DNA from: Bacteroidales bacterium
Lineage (GTDB): Bacteria > Bacteroidota > Bacteroidia > Bacteroidales > JAADGE01
Direction of reading: 5' to 3'
DNA: 64,000 nt
Assembly: GCA_021648725.1 (NCBI GenBank)
Contig: JAKISF010000007.1
Location: forward strand, 40,170-104,169
Part shown: positions 30,615 through 41,470 of the stretch, in pieces
Numbering within the stretch: position 1 is the first letter of the stretch
Layout of the letters: the number at the start of each line of letters is the position of its first letter
Translations under genes and position numbers: made by a program
The notes under the pieces: model-generated
The model's input: only the letters and a program-made list of their open reading frames with translations
What the model was told of the DNA's origin: nothing
The model's database searches: none

Positions 30615-31718
30615 ATGAAAACATCAAAAAGCGGTGCAAAATTTTCAGCCATTGTAAGAATTGGAGAAGAGTTAAGAGAAGAAAGCAGAAAAACCGGTAA
30701 AGAATTTCTTTATTTAAACAGAGGAATTAATCAGGTTGAAAATATTGATTTGTCAAAAATAATTCCGATGATTGATTTTAATTCAGATACCATTCAATAT
30801 TATCCGCATTCAAAAGGAATGTTGTCGTTGAGGAAAGCAATCAACGAAGAATTCTTTGCCGGAAAAACATCAAATGATAATATTTTTATTACATCGGGCG
30901 GAATGAACTCACTTTCGCTTGTTTTTCAAACACTAAACATAAAAAAAGTTTATACACATTCTCTTTATTGGGGAGCATATACAAATGCTTTAAAAATTGC
31001 AGGAAAAAAGCAATTATTTTATGAAGGATTTAAAGAGTTAAAAGCAAACTATAAAAATTATAATAATTCTGCCGTAATAATTTGCGACCCTAACAACCCT
31101 ACCGGCAGCAAAGTTGATGATAAAGAGCTTTTTGAACTTTTGGGTTTATTGGCAAAACAAAATACAATTGTAATTTGGGACGGACCTTACAGAAGACTTT
31201 TTTATGACAAAACAGATACTTTATATGAAAATTTATTGAACTACGACAATGTAATTATAACTGAAAGTTTCAGTAAATCAATTGGTTTAAGCGGACAACG
31301 CATAGGGTTTATGTATTGTAGAGATACAAATTTTAACAATGAATTTGCTGTTCGATTATTATATTCCGGAAACGGAGTTAATGCTTTTGCTCAAATTTTA
31401 GTTGAAAAAATACTAACAACACCTGAAGGCAAAAAAGCAGCAACAGATTTCAAAATAAAAACAACAAAGGACATAAAAGAAAATATAAAGCTATTACAGA
31501 AAAAAAAGATACTTGCAGAAGAATTTTACAGTAATAAAACACCTGTCGGAATTTTTGTAATAGTTAATAAATCTTTTGATGAGTTAAAATCAAAAAAAAT
31601 AGGCAGCGTTCCTTTAAATTATTTTACAAAACGAACAGATATAGATGTTGGAAAATATTCAAGAATTTGCGTTTCAGCCCCAAAAGAAAAATTCGTTAGC
31701 TTTTTTAACAAATTATAG
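30615..31718 (+). CDS. Class I/II PLP-dependent aminotransferase
   Basis: PLP-lysine motif SFSKSIGLSGQRIGF. Start moved to ATG 30615. Confidence 0.75.
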   Translation: MKTSKSGAKFSAIVRIGEELREESRKTGKEFLYLNRGINQVENIDLSKIIPMIDFNSDTIQYYPHSKGMLSLRKAINEEFFAGKTSNDNIFITSGGMNSLSLVFQTLNIKKVYTHSLYWGAYTNALKIAGKKQLFYEGFKELKANYKNYNNSAVIICDPNNPTGSKVDDKELFELLGLLAKQNTIVIWDGPYRRLFYDKTDTLYENLLNYDNVIITESFSKSIGLSGQRIGFMYCRDTNFNNEFAVRLLYSGNGVNAFAQILVEKILTTPEGKKAATDFKIKTTKDIKENIKLLQKKKILAEEFYSNKTPVGIFVIVNKSFDELKSKKIGSVPLNYFTKRTDIDVGKYSRICVSAPKEKFVSFFNKL

Positions 31719-31748
31719 TGTAGTTTAACACACAAAACTCATACAATT

Positions 31749-32444
31749 ATGAAAATTTATTTTCTGTTTATATTCTCAGTAGTTTTAGGGCTGATAACAT
31801 CTTGCAATAAAAATGAAAACATTACAAATTCTGTTTCAGGTGTAATATCATATAACGGTGTTTATGTCGGACAAAACAGAACAATTTACATAAGAGGGTA
31901 TAAATCAAATACAAAAGCAATAGGCACACCCGATTTTGCAACTTCTGTTTCAGATGCCGGAAGTTATATTATTGATTTAGGGGCTTATGCCGGAGATTTG
32001 TATTTATCTGCTTTTATGGACATTGATAATTCAGGAAATTCAGCAGGTCCGACTGCAAATGAAACATTAATTAACGGTGTGTATGCAGACCCTATAGGAT
32101 GTTACGGCGATTATACTTTCGAAAACGGCGAAGCAATACAAATAAGTGTTGACGGCGAAATTAAAAATATTAACTTTGAAATTAAAGACTCCGGAGTAAT
32201 TAAAGCAAGCTTCTCAAATACAGGACATTGCACTATAGGCGTAATAAAAAACAATATAATTAGCGAAGAGTTTCTGCATCACAGGCATTGCGATGTTACA
32301 AGTTCTAACGATACTTTTTTACTAGCCGTACCTGCAAAAAATAATTGGTTTTGTAAGGTTAAGTTTGATAATTTATCAACAGCACAAATATATCCTTCTC
32401 CGGTTAATGTTACAGCAAATAATATTGTTGAAATTAATTTCTGA
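31749..32444 (+). CDS. Hypothetical lipoprotein
   Basis: Lipoprotein signal (LGLITSC) and beta-rich composition. I do not recognise a family. Confidence 0.5.
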   Translation: MKIYFLFIFSVVLGLITSCNKNENITNSVSGVISYNGVYVGQNRTIYIRGYKSNTKAIGTPDFATSVSDAGSYIIDLGAYAGDLYLSAFMDIDNSGNSAGPTANETLINGVYADPIGCYGDYTFENGEAIQISVDGEIKNINFEIKDSGVIKASFSNTGHCTIGVIKNNIISEEFLHHRHCDVTSSNDTFLLAVPAKNNWFCKVKFDNLSTAQIYPSPVNVTANNIVEINF

Positions 32445-32479
32445 TTAATCTGCTTCAGACTATAAAGTGTATATAATTC

Positions 32480-32923
32480 TTAGAAATTATTTTTGTTAAT
32501 AATTATTTCTGAGGTCATTTTAATACCTGCTTTCTTATACACCTCACTTACACCGCAATATCTTTCTTCTGATAAATTAATTGCTTTTTCAAGTTTTGCT
32601 GTCGGCAATTCTTCACCGTCTTTTGGTGTAAAAATATAGGCAACATGCATTGATATAAAGTGTTTAGGGTGTTCATCCGTCAACTCTCCTGAAACTTCAA
32701 CATTAAAATCTGACAGCATATCTGTTACTCTCATTTTTTTTAATATAGATACAACATCCATACCCGTACAACCTCCGAGGGCAGCCAACATAAACGGCTT
32801 TGGCCTGGGTCCCCTGTTTTCTCCTCCTACTTTATCCGTTGCATCAATCATTACTTTATGGCCGTTTACCTCCCATTCAAATGCCATATTACCTTTCCAA
32901 ACTGTTTTTATTTTTTCACTCAT
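32480..32923 (-). CDS. OsmC/Ohr family peroxiredoxin-like protein
   Basis: 147 aa. Paired Cys motifs (LGGCTGMD ... ERYCGV). Confidence 0.8.
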   Translation of the reverse strand: MSEKIKTVWKGNMAFEWEVNGHKVMIDATDKVGGENRGPRPKPFMLAALGGCTGMDVVSILKKMRVTDMLSDFNVEVSGELTDEHPKHFISMHVAYIFTPKDGEELPTAKLEKAINLSEERYCGVSEVYKKAGIKMTSEIIINKNNF

Positions 32924-33044
32924 AATTTATTAATTCAGTTGTTATATTTCAATTATTCTTAACAAATACTTGTATGTTTATGTTTAGATTTCTAAATTTA
33001 TGCAAAATAACCCAAAATAAAATTCTGCACAAAATTAAAATTCT

Positions 33045-33052
33045 TATTTTTG
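33045..33052 (+). promoter_or_regulatory. -7 box (TATTTTTG) for the crp/fnr-family gene
   Basis: TAnnTTTG match 15 nt upstream of ATG 33067, which would give a very short leader. Confidence 0.35.
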
Positions 33053-33066
33053 TCAAACTTTTTAAA

Positions 33067-33768
33067 ATGATAGACAAGGATAAAATACCGATTTGTGAAA
33101 CTTGCTTTGTCAGCAATGACATTTTTAGGCATTTAACAAAAGATGAACTTGATGTTTTATCATACATAAAAAATTGCAATACTTATAAAAAGGGAGAGGT
33201 TATATATAGTGAACAAGGACGGGTAACCGGCATTTATTGTATAAACAGCGGAATTGTTAAGCACTATAAAACAGGGAATGACGGAAAAGAGCAAATAATA
33301 AGGTTTTCAAAAAAAGGAGAGATTTTCGGCTTCAGGGCAATTTTATCCGAAGATTCTGCTTGCACCTCTACAAAAGTAATTGAAGATTGTTCTTTGTGTT
33401 TTATTCCTGCAGCCCATTTCCTTAAACTTTTAAAAGAAAACTCAGGCTTTTCAATGAGTGTTATGAAACTATCCTGCATAGAACTAGGATATGCAAATCA
33501 ATATATTTTAGATATTGCTCAAAAAAATGTTCGAGAACGATTGGCCGAAATTTTGCTTTTATTAAACGAAAGCTTCGGTATAAATAAAGAAGGCGAATTA
33601 AATATATTTTTGACACGAGAGGAACTTGCCGGAATTGTAGGAACAGCAACAGAATCTGTTATCAGACTTCTGTCAGAATTTAAAAAAGATAAACTTATTG
33701 AATTAAATAAACGAAAGATAAAATTACTTGATATCCCAAAATTAAAAAGACTTTCGGAAATATATTAA
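33067..33768 (+). CDS. Crp/Fnr family transcriptional regulator
   Basis: cNMP-binding-like beta-roll plus a C-terminal HTH (TREELAGIVGTATESVIRLLSEF). Start moved to ATG 33067. N-terminal CETC pair. Confidence 0.85.
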   Translation: MIDKDKIPICETCFVSNDIFRHLTKDELDVLSYIKNCNTYKKGEVIYSEQGRVTGIYCINSGIVKHYKTGNDGKEQIIRFSKKGEIFGFRAILSEDSACTSTKVIEDCSLCFIPAAHFLKLLKENSGFSMSVMKLSCIELGYANQYILDIAQKNVRERLAEILLLLNESFGINKEGELNIFLTREELAGIVGTATESVIRLLSEFKKDKLIELNKRKIKLLDIPKLKRLSEIY

Positions 33769-33780
33769 AAAAAATATTTT

Positions 33781-34287
33781 ATGTTTACTGCCGAGATAAA
33801 TAATAAAAAATTTAATATTAAGTTTAGCAATGAACTTTTGAGTAAAGGTACAATATCTGATGAGCGTTTTGAGATAAATGTTATTAAAAATAATAACAAA
33901 TCGTTTCATATAATAAATAACCTTAAATCCTATAATGTTGATATTATATCAATTGATAATATTGAGAAAAGAGTAATTTTAAAAGTTAATCAAAAAACAT
34001 TTGAAGTTAAGATAACCGACGAGTTAGATAAATTGCTCAAAGAGATGGGAATTCAAAATAAAGAAAACAAAAAAAATAAAGACCTAAAAGCACCAATGCC
34101 GGGATTAGTAACCGAAATTATAATTAAAATTGGAGATACAATTCAAAAAGGAGATAATTTATTAATTTTGGAAGCAATGAAAATGGAAAATAATTTAAAA
34201 GCCGAACATGATGCAATTATTAAAGATATAATTGTAGAAAAAGGCAATTCTGTTGAAAAAAATCAAGTATTAGTTACATTTGAATAA
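33781..34287 (+). CDS. Biotin carboxyl carrier-type biotinyl-domain protein
   Basis: C-terminal biotinyl domain with the EAMKMEN motif. The N-terminal ~90 aa are unassigned. Confidence 0.8.
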   Translation: MFTAEINNKKFNIKFSNELLSKGTISDERFEINVIKNNNKSFHIINNLKSYNVDIISIDNIEKRVILKVNQKTFEVKITDELDKLLKEMGIQNKENKKNKDLKAPMPGLVTEIIIKIGDTIQKGDNLLILEAMKMENNLKAEHDAIIKDIIVEKGNSVEKNQVLVTFE

Positions 34288-34304
34288 CCAATATATTTTT
34301 GTTT

Positions 34305-37300
34305 ATGCATAGGTCTTTCAGCATATATATATTTAGTGCTTTGTTATTTCTTTTCAATAACTCTTCAGCACAAATAGATCAAATCAGCGTTCAACATTAT
34401 TCTATTAATGACGGACTTTCCCAAAATTTTACAAACAGTATTTTTCAAGATAAATTCGGATATATTTGGATTGCAACTCAAGACGGATTGAACAGGTTTG
34501 ACGGATATGAATTTATTACATTCAGACAAGACCCGAATGATGAGAATTCATTATCAAACAATTATGTAATTGACATTGAGGGCTCAAAAGATACAATTCT
34601 ATGGGTTGTTACAAATGAAGGATTGGAAAAATTTGATTATAAAACAAATCACTTCTCCACTGTAATAAGAAATAAAAACCATACCCAATCTGTATATTCT
34701 ACAAACATTAAAGCCGTTAAAGAAGATGCCTCAGGAATATTGTGGCTGAGAACTATTGACGGAATTATTCGTTATAACCCCGAAAAAAATGAATTCCTGG
34801 AATATAAACAAACTGAAAAAGGAGACGGCTTTATAAGTGATTATAACTACTTTTCGATTTTAGAAGACTCAGACCATAATTTTTGGTCCGGCTCTAAAGA
34901 CGGATTAATAAAATTTAATCATAAAACAAAAGAGTTTAATACATATAAATTTGATAAAAAATCCGGGAATAATGAAGTTTTTTCAGTATATTTTGAAAAC
35001 CAAGAAAAATACTGGGTGGGAACAAAAAACGGAGTTTATACCTTTAACCCGACAACAGAAAAGTTTAATAAATTCACAGTTCAAAAAAACATATTAAATG
35101 TCAGGGCAATCCATAAAGACAACAACAGTAATGTCTGGATAGGTACCGAGTATGGTTTAATGTACAAAAAACCGGAGAATAATTATTTCGAATCTTTCAA
35201 ACTTGACAATTATATTTCAGACGAAGTTAATGTCGGCAATGTTTCCGGGATAATGCAGGATAACTCTGATATTATCTGGGTTTGTTCTGATTACGGCATT
35301 TTTAAAATTGACTCTAAGAAAAAACATTTTAACTTATACCGTAAAGGAAAAAACAGTTCAATTAATTTTTCTTCTAATACAATTTATTCTATTTACTATG
35401 ATGCAGAAACAGAAGAAATTTGGTTGGGAACAAGAGCTTTCGGCTTAAATATATTCAACAGAAAAACAAACCAAGTTAAGATATATAATAAAGATAATTC
35501 TCTTCTTACGGATAATAATATTCATTGTATTACAGCAGATGAAAAAGGAAACATTTGGGTAGGAACCAGTAACGGTCCTTTTATTTATAATAAATTTAGC
35601 AAAAGTTTTATTCCCTTTTCAAAATATGTGAATAAAGACTTTAACGGATATTTTAAAAATAACAGAATTTCAAGTATGTTTTTTGACAGCGGAGATATTT
35701 GGTTTTCAACATTAAACGGTTTACTAAAATACAGTAACGGAAAAATCAAAACATACAAAAAAGACGGAACAGTTAACAGCTTAGTCGCAAATGATGTTTT
35801 TAAATCAATAAAACGAAAAAACGGAGAAATTTGGGTTGCAACGCTTCACGGCTTAAGTAAGCTTAACCCAAAAACAAACACATTTATAAACTATACAAAA
35901 GACAATAAAAAAATTAGCGATAATTCGGTTTTAACTGTTTTTGAAAGTTCAGACCAAACTCTTTGGGTGGGAACAGGAACCGGTTTAAACAAATATATTC
36001 CCGAAAAAGATTCTTTCATTTTTTACACTTCTAAAAGTCATGGTTTTAGTAATGATTTTATATATACGATAGCAGAAGACAACTTAAATAATCTTTGGCT
36101 GAGCACAAATAAAGGAATTGCCAAATTTAACATAAAAACAGAAGAGGTAATAAACTTCTCTCAAGATGATAACTTACAAGGTTATGAATTTAATATAGGT
36201 GCTGTATATTCCGCAGATACTATTAATGAAATATTTTGGGGAGGGTTAAATGGTTTAAATTCCATAAAATTGAAAAATCTGACAAAAAATCTTGTTGCTC
36301 CCAAACCTCTTATAACAAAATTTGTAAAACGCACCCAAAAAGGAAAAGAAGAGGTGTTAATAGGAAATAACAATGAAGTATTTTTGACATATAAAGAAAG
36401 CAGTTTCGATATAAACTTTGCTGTTCCCGAATACACACATCCCGACAAAAATAAGTTCAAATACAAAATTGAAGAGGCAAACGAAAACTGGATTGATTTA
36501 GGAACAAAAAATTCAATTAACTTCTTTCAGCTATCCCCCGGAACATATACGTTAAAATTAATAGGAGCAAACAGTGACAATTATTGGAACATTAATCCGG
36601 TTACCCTTATAATACATATATCAGCTCCTTGGTGGCAAACAACTTCAGCATATATTTTTTATGTTGCGTTTGTTATATTCTTAGTTCTCGGCGGATTTTT
36701 TATTTACAACAAAGAAATAAGGAAAGAAAACAAAATATTAAACGAAAAACAAATTGTAGCAAAAGAGGTAGAAAAACAAAGAGAACTTTTATCAATTAAA
36801 AATAATAATATTGCCGAAAGTATGCGATATGCATCCCGAATTATAGATGCCCTTTTACCCACAAAACAATTTGTTAAAAAATTAATCCCGGACTCCTTTG
36901 TTTTGTTTATGTCAAAAGAAATTGTCAGCGGAGATTTCTACTGGGTAGATGAAAGTAAAGATAAAGTTTTTGTTGCTGCTGTTGATTGTACCGGGCATGG
37001 TGTACCCGGGGCATTTATGTCAATTGTAGGATTAGATTTATTGCGAAATATTATCAACCAAGGAATTGATACCCCCGGAGAAATCCTGGACAGACTAAAT
37101 AGAGATGTTGCAAGTATTTTCAGAAAAGATGAACTTTCCGGGGAATTAAAAGACGGAATGGACATAAGTATGATAGCAATTCATAAAAAAGATAATATAA
37201 TTGAATATGCAGGTGCAATAAATCAGTTATTTATAATCAGAGATGATAATATTATTGAAATAAAAGGTAACAGATTTTCAATATCTCCTGTTACAACAAA

Positions 37301-37562
37301 TTACGGTCATTTTAAAAATCATACTATTGAAGTACAAGATATGGATATGATTTATCTGTTTTCAGACGGCTATGTTGACCAGTTCGGAGGTCCGGACGAG
37401 AAAAAATTTAAATACAGAAGGTTTCGCCATATGCTCTTAAACAATTACAGGCTGCCTGTTGAAGAACAAAAAAATAATTTAAAAAGAGTTATAAACAGTT
37501 GGCGAGGACAATTAGAACAGGTCGATGATATCTTGGTTATGGGAATAAGAATTAAACTGTAA
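34305..37562 (+). CDS. Beta-propeller/Y_Y_Y sensor fused to a SpoIIE/PP2C-type protein phosphatase
   Basis: Signal/anchor, then ~700 aa of two-component-regulator propeller repeats (W.GT..GL..F/Y). Next come a Y_Y_Y-type module (FKYKIEEANENW...LSPGTYTLKL), a TM helix and a coiled coil. The protein ends in a PP2C domain (SGDFYWV, AAVDCTGHGVPGAFMS, DDILVMGIRI). ATG 34305 is preferred over TTG 34299. Confidence 0.8.
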   Translation: MHRSFSIYIFSALLFLFNNSSAQIDQISVQHYSINDGLSQNFTNSIFQDKFGYIWIATQDGLNRFDGYEFITFRQDPNDENSLSNNYVIDIEGSKDTILWVVTNEGLEKFDYKTNHFSTVIRNKNHTQSVYSTNIKAVKEDASGILWLRTIDGIIRYNPEKNEFLEYKQTEKGDGFISDYNYFSILEDSDHNFWSGSKDGLIKFNHKTKEFNTYKFDKKSGNNEVFSVYFENQEKYWVGTKNGVYTFNPTTEKFNKFTVQKNILNVRAIHKDNNSNVWIGTEYGLMYKKPENNYFESFKLDNYISDEVNVGNVSGIMQDNSDIIWVCSDYGIFKIDSKKKHFNLYRKGKNSSINFSSNTIYSIYYDAETEEIWLGTRAFGLNIFNRKTNQVKIYNKDNSLLTDNNIHCITADEKGNIWVGTSNGPFIYNKFSKSFIPFSKYVNKDFNGYFKNNRISSMFFDSGDIWFSTLNGLLKYSNGKIKTYKKDGTVNSLVANDVFKSIKRKNGEIWVATLHGLSKLNPKTNTFINYTKDNKKISDNSVLTVFESSDQTLWVGTGTGLNKYIPEKDSFIFYTSKSHGFSNDFIYTIAEDNLNNLWLSTNKGIAKFNIKTEEVINFSQDDNLQGYEFNIGAVYSADTINEIFWGGLNGLNSIKLKNLTKNLVAPKPLITKFVKRTQKGKEEVLIGNNNEVFLTYKESSFDINFAVPEYTHPDKNKFKYKIEEANENWIDLGTKNSINFFQLSPGTYTLKLIGANSDNYWNINPVTLIIHISAPWWQTTSAYIFYVAFVIFLVLGGFFIYNKEIRKENKILNEKQIVAKEVEKQRELLSIKNNNIAESMRYASRIIDALLPTKQFVKKLIPDSFVLFMSKEIVSGDFYWVDESKDKVFVAAVDCTGHGVPGAFMSIVGLDLLRNIINQGIDTPGEILDRLNRDVASIFRKDELSGELKDGMDISMIAIHKKDNIIEYAGAINQLFIIRDDNIIEIKGNRFSISPVTTNYGHFKNHTIEVQDMDMIYLFSDGYVDQFGGPDEKKFKYRRFRHMLLNNYRLPVEEQKNNLKRVINSWRGQLEQVDDILVMGIRIKL

Positions 37563-37756
37563 AAGCAAGCTAATTGTCTTATATCGGTTTGATTTCCACT
37601 GCAATTACAAGCTTAGGAAAAAAGGTCTTGCAAACTGTCAAAAAAATTATACGCTGAGTTTAACCGCAGAAATAAGTTACAGAAAGCAAAGAAAGGATGA
37701 GATTTTGAAATAATATATTCATTTCGACATTGTATCAATTTATTTCAAGACAAAAA

Positions 37757-37797
37757 ACAATTAAAAAGCGTAGTTGAAAACTACGCTTTTTAATTGT
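37757..37797 (-). terminator. Long perfect hairpin downstream of ccsBA
   Basis: 17-bp perfect stem ACAATTAAAAAGCGTAG/CTACGCTTTTTAATTGT with a 7-nt loop. T-run on the minus strand. Confidence 0.75.
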
Positions 37798-37845
37798 TTG
37801 AAATAAGGAGGAGTCCTTTTTCAAAATATAATTCCGTAAATTATA

Positions 37846-40800
37846 CTATTTTGTTTCTTCACTAACATTTTTATATTTCCTGTGTTTAAAGTAAGCTCCC
37901 AGAATAATAAGAAATATCATGAGCACTAAAATTATTGCCCACAAAGGAAGGCTGGCTTTACTTCCGGAAGCATAGCTATGCAAGCCTTTTGAAAAATAGT
38001 AATTTACGCCGAAGAAGGTCATAATAACGCTTCCGAATGCAATTACTGATGCTGTATTAAAAATAAAAGCTTTATTTAATCCGGGAACTAACCTTAAGTG
38101 TAAAACAACAGCATATACCATCAATATTATTAATGCCCACGTTTCTTTGGCATCCCAGCCCCAATAACGCCCCCAAGACTCGTTTGCCCAAACGGCTCCT
38201 AAAAATGTACCAAGTGTAGCTAAAACAATTCCTATTATTAAGTTCATTTCATTAATATTGGTCAAATCTTTTATAGTTAAATCTAACTTAGCAGCATTGT
38301 TCTTATTTTTAAACAGATATATGAATAAATTCATTAAGCCCAAAATAAAGCCTAATCCTAAAAATCCGTAGCTTATTACAATAACTGCAACGTGAACAAT
38401 TAACCAATAAGATTTTAAAACAGGTTGAAGATTTGTTAATTGGGGGTCGTAGCTGCTGAAACCGGCAGTTAACATAATAAAAAATGCCAATAAAGCTGTT
38501 GCAGCAAGTGTAATTTTAGAATATCGCATAAAACTGAATCCTGCTAATAATCCTCCCCAAGCTACAAATACTAATGCTTCATATCCGTTACTCCAAGGTG
38601 CATGGCCGGACAAATACCACCTTAAAACCAAGCCGTAAGTGTGGTAAATAAATCCTCCGGCTAAAAGAATAATGAAAAAGTTAAGCGTATATGTCAGAGC
38701 TTTGCTTTTCTTTACTTTCAGATGATCTGCAAATGCAAGTAACAAAATAATTACACTTAAAATCATATACACATATTTCAGCATTACAAAAATTCGAGCT
38801 TTATTATAATGAATTTCTGTATTAATTTTTGCTTCCGAAGGAATAACTTCTCCTGAACCGGTTTGTCGCTGTATTTGATTTATATAATCTAATATTTGAT
38901 CTGCCCGAGAGTAATTGTTTGTTTGTGTTGCCATTGAAACTTCGTGCAGATATAATTGAAAGATGTTGCTGTAAGTAAGCGTATTTAATTGTAAATCTTC
39001 GTTAATTATACTGATACTTCCCGTAAGAGGTCTGTATGCCGCCGAATCTTCAAGACTTACCCATTTATGATTGTTTGAATCTTGGTCGTGGAAAATTTTC
39101 AGCATACTGCCGCTGAAAGTCATTAACAAAATATTCAGCCGTTCATTAACTTTCATAATCTCTTTATCAAACTTATTCTGCTCTGCTTTACTTTTCATAT
39201 AGGCCGCTTCCGAAAAAGCATCAAGTTTATAATGATTATTATTATCAAAAAAATCTACATAAGAAGCATATTTTCCGGTTATTCCGACAAGGTTTCTTAT
39301 TGAAGGCTCTTTTATAAAAATTATTTTCTGTGTTTTCCAGAATTCACTGTCAAGCATTAAATCCATATAAAATTGCATAGCATTTAGCTTACCTTTTCCT
39401 TCAACATTTATTGAATTCTTTTTATATATTTTATGAAGAACATCATAGGCTAAGGTATGAACAGGCTCAAAACGCCCGTCGTATGTTTGTACAATTAAAT
39501 GCCCGAACTTATCAGCATGATCTTTATTAACCGGCATTTGTGTTGTTGATTGCGAAAACCCGGCGGTGCTTAATCCGATAATTAAAGCAATTGTTGTTAT
39601 TGCTTTTCTTTCAATACGGGTTTTTCTGATTTTTTTGCCTAAAATGCCGAATCTGGATTTTTTATTTAAGAGAGTAGCAATAAATCCTAAACACAATAAT
39701 ATATAACTGAAATATGTAACCAGTGTACCTGCCCTGTCATGACTTACAGAAAGTATTGTGCCTAATTCGTCCCTGTCATAAGATGACTGGAAAAATCGAT
39801 ATCCGCCATAATCCAAGATATTATTCATGTAAATTTTATGATTTTCTCTCATGTTTTTTCTGTTATCAATTAGTATTACATCACTTTCAAAAGAAGATGG
39901 GCTGTTAGAGCCCGGGTAACGTTCTAAAATAAAATCTTCTAAATAAATAGAAAAAGGAATTTCTATAGGTTTGTTTCCGTATGCCAATTTAAACGATAAA
40001 TCATCTATATTATAATCTTTAAAATTTGCAATAAACCCATCTCCTCCGAAAATTTCAATTTCATGGTTAACACCTTTATAGCTAATGTCTGCAATAATTG
40101 CATTCGGATGATTAGAATCTGGATTTCCGTCAACCAGTTGTTTTTTTGCTTTTTTATAGTGTTTCACAAATAAAAATAAAATATCATTTGCTTTATAAAC
40201 ATGGTTGAAAATTAATGCCTCCGAATTACCTGTACTTATTGAATCTTCAATTTCTCCGCTCATTGTTGTAAGATATAAATCATAGGGAGCAGAAATCATC
40301 AGTTTCCCTTCAACTTCATTAACATTAACGGTATTTGAAGCATCTTTATTAAATGAAATATTAAAATTTCCGATTTGTTTACTTTCCTTATCTTTTAATA
40401 AATCCGGAATTGTTCCCTCATGTGTAGCAACCCTTATTTCAAGCATGTCAACACCGTCCGAAACGTTCTCGGAAATATTCTCAACAGCACTGTGAATATA
40501 TTTTTTTGCACTAATTTTCACATTGCCTTTACCGGGAACATTAAAAGTATAATTAAACGGTTCGGAAGTAATTAATCGCTCATTTGCCGGAATATCTTCA
40601 ACTAATTCGGGACTGTTTACATCGGGCATTATTCTCAAAACTGTTTCGGATGAATATATAACATTTGATGCTTGCCCCTCTCTGATGTGCATACTGCCTT
40701 CATACCCGATATATCTGGTAATTCCCGCGCCAAAAATCATAAAAATAAATCCTAAATGAAACATTAATATTGTTAACTTTTCTTTTTTGTATAGTTTTCT

Positions 40801-41001
40801 TCTGAATACAATACCAATAAGGTTAACCGCCAATAAGAACAAAAGAAGTTCCATCCACCTTGCATTATAAATCAGCATTTTTGCTGTTATTGTATCATAT
40901 TTATCTTCAACAAAAGTTGCAATACCTATTGCAAAAGCAAAAACAGTAAGTAAAGTCAGAGTTAATTTTCTCGAAAAAAGTATATCTCCTATTTTTTTCA
41001 T
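37846..41001 (-). CDS. ccsBA: Fused cytochrome c biogenesis protein CcsBA (ResB-like + CcsA)
   Basis: Single 1051-aa ORF. N-terminal ResB/CcsB-like portion, and C-terminal CcsA with the WWD motif WGRYWGWDAKETW. Confidence 0.85.
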   Translation of the reverse strand: MKKIGDILFSRKLTLTLLTVFAFAIGIATFVEDKYDTITAKMLIYNARWMELLLFLLAVNLIGIVFRRKLYKKEKLTILMFHLGFIFMIFGAGITRYIGYEGSMHIREGQASNVIYSSETVLRIMPDVNSPELVEDIPANERLITSEPFNYTFNVPGKGNVKISAKKYIHSAVENISENVSDGVDMLEIRVATHEGTIPDLLKDKESKQIGNFNISFNKDASNTVNVNEVEGKLMISAPYDLYLTTMSGEIEDSISTGNSEALIFNHVYKANDILFLFVKHYKKAKKQLVDGNPDSNHPNAIIADISYKGVNHEIEIFGGDGFIANFKDYNIDDLSFKLAYGNKPIEIPFSIYLEDFILERYPGSNSPSSFESDVILIDNRKNMRENHKIYMNNILDYGGYRFFQSSYDRDELGTILSVSHDRAGTLVTYFSYILLCLGFIATLLNKKSRFGILGKKIRKTRIERKAITTIALIIGLSTAGFSQSTTQMPVNKDHADKFGHLIVQTYDGRFEPVHTLAYDVLHKIYKKNSINVEGKGKLNAMQFYMDLMLDSEFWKTQKIIFIKEPSIRNLVGITGKYASYVDFFDNNNHYKLDAFSEAAYMKSKAEQNKFDKEIMKVNERLNILLMTFSGSMLKIFHDQDSNNHKWVSLEDSAAYRPLTGSISIINEDLQLNTLTYSNIFQLYLHEVSMATQTNNYSRADQILDYINQIQRQTGSGEVIPSEAKINTEIHYNKARIFVMLKYVYMILSVIILLLAFADHLKVKKSKALTYTLNFFIILLAGGFIYHTYGLVLRWYLSGHAPWSNGYEALVFVAWGGLLAGFSFMRYSKITLAATALLAFFIMLTAGFSSYDPQLTNLQPVLKSYWLIVHVAVIVISYGFLGLGFILGLMNLFIYLFKNKNNAAKLDLTIKDLTNINEMNLIIGIVLATLGTFLGAVWANESWGRYWGWDAKETWALIILMVYAVVLHLRLVPGLNKAFIFNTASVIAFGSVIMTFFGVNYYFSKGLHSYASGSKASLPLWAIILVLMIFLIILGAYFKHRKYKNVSEETK

Positions 41002-41462
41002 ATTTATTGTTTTAAAATTTTTAATATAAGTAATAAAATATTAAGGATATTGCAATTTATTAGTTGCAAGCACAATTTTAATCCTTACTTTAATAACGCC
41101 TCAAAAATAAAAAAAAATACTAATTAAAACTGCTTAATTCAAAACTCTTAAAGATGCTGTATAATCTTGTTTAGAAACATATAAATTTCTGACAATTATC
41201 ATTGACATGTGTGTTATCGGTTGAATGTAAGTAATTTCAGCAAAACTTTTCGAAGTTTCTGCAAACGGGATATGTAGCTGATTAACCGACCGTTACTTGT
41301 ACAAACAACAAAAGTGTACACTTTAAGTTTATTGATATGAATACATTGGGCTACAATCAAAAATAAATATAACAAATTTGTGAAAATAGCAGTTTCTCAT
41401 CTGAATATCATAATTTGCAAAAATTGTAATACCAATTATATAGTAATATCAGTTTTTATTAT

Positions 41463-41470
41463 TAATTTTG
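41463..41470 (+). promoter_or_regulatory. -7 box (TAATTTTG) for the lipoprotein gene at 41507
   Basis: TAnnTTTG match 37 nt upstream of the ATG. Confidence 0.45.

Noticed and set aside
32949-33179. 76-aa ORF in the osmC / crp-family divergent region
   Set aside because: It overlaps the regulator's promoter and 5' end on the opposite strand. The sequence is low-complexity Ile/Leu/Lys-rich, which is typical of AT-rich non-coding DNA.
37801-37845. Strong Shine-Dalgarno-like AAGGAGGAG just before the ccsBA stop region
   Set aside because: No start codon or ORF follows it on the plus strand. It lies between a terminator and a convergent gene end, and Bacteroidota rarely use SD sequences.
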